Assembly (NCBI GenBank): GCA_043719295.1
Contig: JAYSUD010000001.1
Location: 189,799-253,798 of the forward strand
Source of the DNA: a bacterium
GTDB lineage: Bacteria > Patescibacteriota > Minisyncoccia > Phycocordibacterales > UBA918
Direction: 5' to 3'
Length of the DNA: 64,000 bases
The notes beneath the pieces were generated by a model, which saw only the letters and a program-made list of their open reading frames with translations, was not told the origin of the DNA and searched no databases. Below, one piece after another: positions 58,828 to 64,000 of this stretch (the first letter of the stretch is position 1; the number at the start of each line of letters is the position of its first letter). The translations under genes were made by a program, and so were the position numbers.

Positions 58828-60117
58828 CTATCGAGCGCCCCAAGCTACATCTTGTCGAACAAGAAGTTGTTCTGCCTTTTGTGGTTCTGCCATAATTGCT
58901 TTCACTACCTTCTCAGCACGCACCCCTTGTGACGCCTTAACAAGGACAATATCGTTATTCTCTAAAAACGGCGTAAGTGTTGTTATAAGAGACGTCACAT
59001 CATCAAATGCAAAGATATTTTTAGCTGGCATACCAGAAGAAAATGCAGATTGTGCAATTTTTTGTGATCGAACTCCAAGTGTAAAAAGTATATCTGCTTT
59101 TTTACTTACTAACGCTCCAACACGTTCATGTTCAACTACAGAGAATTGTCCAAGCTCAAGCATGTCTCCTAAAACCGCAATTTTTCTTCCTTTGGTTTTT
59201 AATGCAGAAAGCGTGGTAAGCGCATGATTGACCGCAACTGGCGAAGCGTTGTAGGTATCATCAATGATTGTGGTACTTGTCATCCCTCTTAATACTCGCA
59301 TTCTGCCTGCAGGCTGTACGTGGGTTTCCAAGTTTATGATACTTTGCGATGTCTCAATAGAGAACAATTGCCCAACTGCCAAGGCAGCCCCGTAGGTGTG
59401 AGCGTGTTGGACACCAAGTGATCCTAGAATCGAGATTTTATCAGCAGTATTTTGATGCATGAGTGAAAATTCAATTCCTATTGGAGATGCACCATCATAA
59501 ATGACTGTATCTTGAGATATCTGAAAATCTGAAGTGGCACCTGCGCCGTAACTAAGCTTGTCTTGTGGAATGGAATGAAGATATTCTTTAATTTTTTCAT
59601 CATCATTGTTGTATACAAATGTACCCGTTGGTTTAAGTGCTTGTACTAAAACCATTTTTTCATCAATAACTTCTTGTGGTGAGGAAAAGTATTCAACGTG
59701 CGCCGGAACATCAGGAAGACAGGTCAAGATGACAATATCGGGTTTAATCCAAGCAGTTAAGCGCTTCATGTCCCCTTTTCTATCTACCCCCATTTCAAGT
59801 ACAAGGACCTCAGGGTAACCGTTTGAAAAAAGGGCATGCAATGCGCCATCAATAATATTTTTAAACCAATAGAGTGGATTATTCCATCCATTTTGTAATC
59901 CTAAAATCGTAAGTGGTACTCCAATCTCAGAGTTAAAACTTTTTTCACTCTTACGTGCGTGTACGTGGTTTTTTAAGACGGTGTACACCGCATCTTTAGT
60001 TGTAGTTTTCCCAACGCTTCCCGTTATAGCAATAATTTTTGGTTTTCTCCTTCGCAATAATATTTTTGATTCAAATATCAAAATAGCGACAACACAATTT
60101 TTAAGAATTTCTTTCAT
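58828..60117 (-). CDS. murF: UDP-N-acetylmuramoyl-tripeptide--D-alanyl-D-alanine ligase
   Basis: ITGSVGKTTTKD P-loop and Mur ligase architecture. Confidence 0.85.
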   Translation of the reverse strand: MKEILKNCVVAILIFESKILLRRRKPKIIAITGSVGKTTTKDAVYTVLKNHVHARKSEKSFNSEIGVPLTILGLQNGWNNPLYWFKNIIDGALHALFSNGYPEVLVLEMGVDRKGDMKRLTAWIKPDIVILTCLPDVPAHVEYFSSPQEVIDEKMVLVQALKPTGTFVYNNDDEKIKEYLHSIPQDKLSYGAGATSDFQISQDTVIYDGASPIGIEFSLMHQNTADKISILGSLGVQHAHTYGAALAVGQLFSIETSQSIINLETHVQPAGRMRVLRGMTSTTIIDDTYNASPVAVNHALTTLSALKTKGRKIAVLGDMLELGQFSVVEHERVGALVSKKADILFTLGVRSQKIAQSAFSSGMPAKNIFAFDDVTSLITTLTPFLENNDIVLVKASQGVRAEKVVKAIMAEPQKAEQLLVRQDVAWGAR

Positions 60118-60167
60118 AGAAGTATTTAATTATGAATTATGTTTATTTGAAATTACATCTGTTTAAC

Positions 60168-60287
60168 GGACTTCCGAAAACGAGTGCAATTCAAGGCAGA
60201 CGAGAAAAATTGTTTGAGGCGTACAAATGTACGTTGAAAATAATTTTTTGAAGTCTAACGAAGAAGTGTGCCGTTTTCGAAAGTTCG
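60168..60287 (+). repeat. interspersed repeat family 2 copy
   Basis: ggacttccgaaaacgagtgcaattcaaggc...tttgaggcgtacaaatgtacgtt...gaagaagtgtgccgttttcgaaagttcg, with a terminal inverted repeat. Abuts the ftsI stop. Confidence 0.65.
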
Positions 60288-60288
60288 T

Positions 60289-62007
60289 CTAGCGGTCTGG
60301 AGGGACATTATAATAATTAATCAAAAACTTGGTCAATTCCATAAAGGGTTCAGTTAGTGTCTCAGACGCATATTTTACCCCCTTTGGCTCAACAGTATAC
60401 AAGAGAATAAGATATTGTGGGTCGTATGCGGGGAAATAGCCGAAAAATGAGTGTAGATACCGATCATCGTAATACCCTCCTCCCGCATTATCAGCAATTT
60501 GTGCAGTACCCGTTTTTGCAGCAATACTATAGTGTTCTTGCTTTTGTTTACCACCGCTTAGTGCCTTATCAACTACTGTGGTGAGCATTCTTGAAACTTC
60601 TTCACTGGTTTCTTTTGTAAAAACTTGATCACCTTCTGGATACACAATATTTTTTGAAGTTCCATCTTGATACTCAATTTTCGTTGCAATATGGGGGGTT
60701 ATAAGACGACCACCATTCCCAAGCGTTGCGAGCGCTCTGACGGTAGCCATTGGAGTTATCGCAATTCCTTGTCCAAATGAAGCTGTTGCGTATTCAACGT
60801 CACGAGGTGAATTGAGGTTATCAATAAGTCCGTACGTTTCGTTTGGTAAATCGACCCCCGTTTCGTTACCAATTTTTAAGGCAGAGAAATATTTTCTAAA
60901 TTTCTCTTTGCCCATAGTCTTTACAATAAACGAAACTCCTGTGTTGAGTGACTGATTGAGTACCTCTTGCATGGTTACGGTACCACGTCCTCTCCCATCG
61001 TAGTTTTTGATGGTATAGGTATCAAGATCAATAAACCCCGCATCGTAATAGGTGGTGCTTTCACTCACAGCCCCACTATCAATACCCGCAGCCATAGTAA
61101 GCGCTTTTATGATTGAACCCATCTCGTACACGTTCTCAACTAATGGATTTCTAAACGCATTGATGTCTGCCCCTGCTCGATCGTTTAAATTAAAAGTAGG
61201 AATCGCATTAAGTGCATAGATCTCACCATTTTGGGGATTAATGATAATGCCTCCAGTAAGCGTACTACTATATTTCTCTTGCACTTTTGCAAGCTCACTA
61301 TCGAGCATTCTTGCAACAGTAGGTTCAATAGAAGTTACGACATCACCTGTTCGTGATTCTGTTGTATCAAAAATAATATTTCCAAGATTCGAAAAAATCT
61401 CAGCAAAAAAGTTAACGGTTGTCCTCCCATCATCACGGGTGAGCACATCATCATAGTACCTCTCTAGCCCATAGCGCCCCGCAAGCCTATCACCTCCATC
61501 TTCAGTGTACCCAACAAACCCTATTGAACGAGATGACAGCTCCTCACCAGGGTAGTACCTCCATTGTGTTCGATACATTTGTACACCCTTAAGACCCAAT
61601 GCTTCAATTTTATCAGAATCATCGTTACTTACCCGAGGTGCAATTTCTTGATAGGTCTTTTCTTTTTTTGCTGCTTTTTCTAAGAAGACAGTTTTATCAA
61701 TAGGATACACACTTGAAAGCTTTGTGTAGGTATCTTCAATATCAACAAGCCTACTTGGGTCAATTGCCAACACGTATCCAGACTGGATAGTTGCTGCAGA
61801 AACTTTTTCACCATCTTTGGTAGTAAAGAAAATACTTCCTCTACTATATAAATCTTTTACCGTATGTACATACTGTCGCGTTGCTTTATCTTCGTACGCT
61901 TGATGCTGCATGATTTGGATTTGATACAAACGCCCAATAAGTACTAACGCCAAAAACAACACCACGCCAGTGATGATGCGTATGCGTAAAATGGCACTTT
62001 TCCTCAT
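60289..62007 (-). CDS. ftsI: penicillin-binding protein 2/FtsI (class B transpeptidase)
   Basis: N-terminal TM, dimerisation domain, SxxK (GSIIK), SxN and KTG motifs. Confidence 0.85.
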   Translation of the reverse strand: MRKSAILRIRIITGVVLFLALVLIGRLYQIQIMQHQAYEDKATRQYVHTVKDLYSRGSIFFTTKDGEKVSAATIQSGYVLAIDPSRLVDIEDTYTKLSSVYPIDKTVFLEKAAKKEKTYQEIAPRVSNDDSDKIEALGLKGVQMYRTQWRYYPGEELSSRSIGFVGYTEDGGDRLAGRYGLERYYDDVLTRDDGRTTVNFFAEIFSNLGNIIFDTTESRTGDVVTSIEPTVARMLDSELAKVQEKYSSTLTGGIIINPQNGEIYALNAIPTFNLNDRAGADINAFRNPLVENVYEMGSIIKALTMAAGIDSGAVSESTTYYDAGFIDLDTYTIKNYDGRGRGTVTMQEVLNQSLNTGVSFIVKTMGKEKFRKYFSALKIGNETGVDLPNETYGLIDNLNSPRDVEYATASFGQGIAITPMATVRALATLGNGGRLITPHIATKIEYQDGTSKNIVYPEGDQVFTKETSEEVSRMLTTVVDKALSGGKQKQEHYSIAAKTGTAQIADNAGGGYYDDRYLHSFFGYFPAYDPQYLILLYTVEPKGVKYASETLTEPFMELTKFLINYYNVPPDR

Positions 62008-62018
62008 AGCTAGCTTAT

Positions 62019-62339
62019 TTAGCGGCTCGCGCCGTTTGAGAGCACCAGACTTCCTTCACTTCGGTCAATGAAAATCTTAGAACCTGATTTTTGGTATCCT
62101 TGCAAAGATGCAATATCAGAACTCACTTTATGTTGCACTTCAATATACTCCCCTTCAAGTTCACTTATTTCTGATGCCAAAAGCGTAATGTCACTTCCAA
62201 CTTCAGTACGTAATACTACATGCACAATAGAAGCGCTTACAAAGTACATGTAAAACGTGCACAAAAGTATAGAAGTACACGAAAGGAGCATAAATGCTCT
62301 TTTTTCTGTATACAATCTTAATAGTTGTGCTCTAGTCAT
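62019..62339 (-). CDS. ftsL: FtsL-like cell division protein
   Basis: 106 aa with a single TM helix. Lies between rsmH and ftsI. Confidence 0.5.
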   Translation of the reverse strand: MTRAQLLRLYTEKRAFMLLSCTSILLCTFYMYFVSASIVHVVLRTEVGSDITLLASEISELEGEYIEVQHKVSSDIASLQGYQKSGSKIFIDRSEGSLVLSNGASR

Positions 62340-62343
62340 ACTG

Positions 62344-63243
62344 TTATATTTTTTCTATAATTCGTAATTTTGCGCTCCGTGCTCTCTTATTTAACTGAAG
62401 TTCTCCATCGCTCGGTCCTATTGGCTTTTTATTAACCAGTACTGCTTTACAATCGCGTGTAAATTCTTTGAATGTTTCTTTAACAATTTTGTCTTCAAGA
62501 CTGTGGAAAGAGATCACTGCCATTCGTCCATGTGGTTTTAAAGATTCAAAACCATGTGCAAGCAAATCTCGCAGTGCATCGAATTCATCATTAACTGCAA
62601 TTCGTAACGCCTGAAATGTTTTTGTTGCAGGGTGAATGCGGTGTTTGCCTCCTTTTTTTGGCATTGCCTTTTCTATGACCGTAGCTAACTCTAACGATGT
62701 ACAAATAGGAGTTAATTCACGTTCTTTAACTATCATTCGTGCAATCCTCCGTGAGTACCCTTCATCTCCGTACGCATAGAGCACATTTGCAATGTCTTCC
62801 TCTTTCCAATCGTTGATGATGTCAAAGGCATTGAACGCATAGTTTGAAGGCTGTCCGTAAGTCATCGCAAGCGGTTCTTCACGGTTAAATGAAAATCCTC
62901 GTGGTTCACCTGCTTCCCCATCAAACTGCTCCATGCGCCAACCTAAGTCGGCTAAGATTGCATCAACCTGCCCTATTTCTAGTCGCTCCAACACTTCATT
63001 GATGAACCGAAAGTTATCTTCAACAAGTATGACTTTTGCTTTACTCAGGTCTTTTAGATGTGATGCAGCTTTGATAGCTGTTTTGTCAACATCAATACCA
63101 ATGTAGGTACCCTTAGCTCCCAATTCATTCAAAATTAACTCTGCATGTCCACTGCTTCCAAGCGTACAATCAACAACAACTGAATCCTTATGGAGATTCA
63201 GTGCGTGAACTGCTTCTTGTTGTAGAACAGTAATGTGTGACAT
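62344..63243 (-). CDS. rsmH: 16S rRNA (cytosine1402-N4)-methyltransferase
   Basis: MraW family (VDCTLGSSGHAELIL SAM motif). Start at the internal MSHITVLQQ; the longer ORF runs into the repeat. Confidence 0.85.
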   Translation of the reverse strand: MSHITVLQQEAVHALNLHKDSVVVDCTLGSSGHAELILNELGAKGTYIGIDVDKTAIKAASHLKDLSKAKVILVEDNFRFINEVLERLEIGQVDAILADLGWRMEQFDGEAGEPRGFSFNREEPLAMTYGQPSNYAFNAFDIINDWKEEDIANVLYAYGDEGYSRRIARMIVKERELTPICTSLELATVIEKAMPKKGGKHRIHPATKTFQALRIAVNDEFDALRDLLAHGFESLKPHGRMAVISFHSLEDKIVKETFKEFTRDCKAVLVNKKPIGPSDGELQLNKRARSAKLRIIEKI

Positions 63244-63290
63244 AGCCGGAGGTATTACTGTGGCTTCAAAAAACAAAGTAGTGCTTGAGT

Positions 63291-63412
63291 GAGTTTTCCA
63301 AAATGAGTGCGATTCGAGGCGCACAAGGAAATTTTTTGCGAAATGTACGTTGTAGTACTTTGAGTAAAAATTTCTGCAGCGCAACGACGAAGCGTGCCAT
63401 TTTCGAAAGCTC
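63291..63412 (+). repeat. interspersed repeat family 2 copy in the mraZ-rsmH spacer
   Basis: gagttttccaaaatgagtgcgattcgaggcgcacaag...gcgaaatgtacgtt...acgaagcgtgccattttcgaaagctc. Confidence 0.65.
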
Positions 63413-63421
63413 TGTTGTAGA

Positions 63422-63856
63422 TTAGAGGACGCCGATCTCCCCAAGCTTCTCAGCGAGCTGATCTGCCTGACTTTCAATCTTGCGTTTATACTCTTCCCAT
63501 TTATTCTCACCCCAAATTTCTACACGATTGTAGATGCCTGCAAGTACAACTTTTGTGTCGAGTCCTGCAAATTCTTTTAAAAAATCTGGAACGAGAATAC
63601 GTCCAACACTATCTACCTCAATCTCTACTGCTCCTGACAAAAAGAATCTATTGAAACTTCTTGTATCCGCCTGACCAAGTGGAAGTTGACCGATCTTTTC
63701 AGTGATCTTCTTCCACTCTGCCTGGGGATATACAAAGAGACAGTTATCAAGTCCGCGAGTGACGATAAGCGTTTTCCCAAGATCCTTCCGCCATTTAGAC
63801 GGAACGGACAGCCGTTTCTTAGGGTCCAACGTATGCTTATATTCGCCAATCAACAT
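63422..63856 (-). CDS. mraZ: transcriptional regulator MraZ
   Basis: MLIGEYKHTLDPKKRLSVP duplicated MraZ fold. First gene of the dcw block. Confidence 0.85.
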   Translation of the reverse strand: MLIGEYKHTLDPKKRLSVPSKWRKDLGKTLIVTRGLDNCLFVYPQAEWKKITEKIGQLPLGQADTRSFNRFFLSGAVEIEVDSVGRILVPDFLKEFAGLDTKVVLAGIYNRVEIWGENKWEEYKRKIESQADQLAEKLGEIGVL

Positions 63857-64000
63857 AACTTAACTAGTCTATCGCAGTTTCCTGCTTTATACCACTATCT
63901 CCCACCACACGTACACTATACACCACTTTGCCCCACCACAAACCAATCCAATCCACAAAACAGTGGATAAGTTGTTCTTTAATAAATAAATAATAAGAAA

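Noticed and set aside
62344-63510. Long form of rsmH with a 90-aa N-terminal extension
   Set aside because: The extension runs through the family-2 repeat copy (63291-63412) and has no MraW similarity. The internal Met at 63243 matches canonical RsmH N-termini.
63686-63970. 94-aa + strand ORF at the window end
   Set aside because: It is antisense to mraZ and its promoter region and has no coding signal.

Overview
Low-GC bacterial chromosomal window (about 40% GC by eye) with compact genes, possibly from a small-genome lineage; the taxon is not certain.

The backbone is housekeeping:
- The division and cell wall (dcw) cluster is split into two oppositely oriented blocks: mraY-ftsW-[insertion]-murG on the + strand at 351-13327, and mraZ-rsmH-ftsL-ftsI-murF on the - strand at 58828-63856.
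- Other core genes are gltX, an M23 peptidase, a zwf-gnd-pgl oxidative pentose-phosphate operon, murI, rpmA, rplI, truB, ung, rnhA, engB, trmH, a single tRNA-Glu(CUC), a cyclophilin, a CaCA antiporter and a PIF1/RecD-like helicase.

Accessory and notable content:
- A 2.6-kaa secreted SpvB/TcB-FG-GAP/RHS polymorphic toxin at 3088-10902 sits between ftsW and murG. It has a DPSGL autoproteolysis motif and an unclassified 212-aa C-terminal tip. A small putative immunity gene overlaps its stop codon (ATGA), and a single-copy IS200/RAYT-like HUH transposase gene follows.
- Two interspersed families of palindromic repeats are present. Family 1 is a set of hairpins with a conserved loop and a conserved 3' tail. 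Family 2 is an element of about 120 nt with terminal inverted repeats, at least 7 copies in both orientations. Several family-2 copies abut the stop codons of neighbouring genes, and in two cases supply the stop codon.
- Three type II toxin-antitoxin (TA) pairs are present: DinJ/RelE-like fused to the murI 5' end, ParD/ParE-like, and an XRE-HTH+Panacea protein with a RelE-fold-like partner.
- A copper cluster comprises a multicopper oxidase, a cupredoxin and His/Met-rich proteins that share an HIMxDGTxM module.
- A paralogous family of very acidic secreted proteins carries peptidoglycan-binding domains.
- A 700-bp array of TGTATC-N3-4-GATACA palindromes lies upstream of a lysozyme-like gene.
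- A duplicate of the tRNA 3' end, which looks like an attachment (att) site, lies 150 bp downstream of the tRNA.
- Several operons of unknown small proteins are present.

No rRNA or CRISPR array was found.
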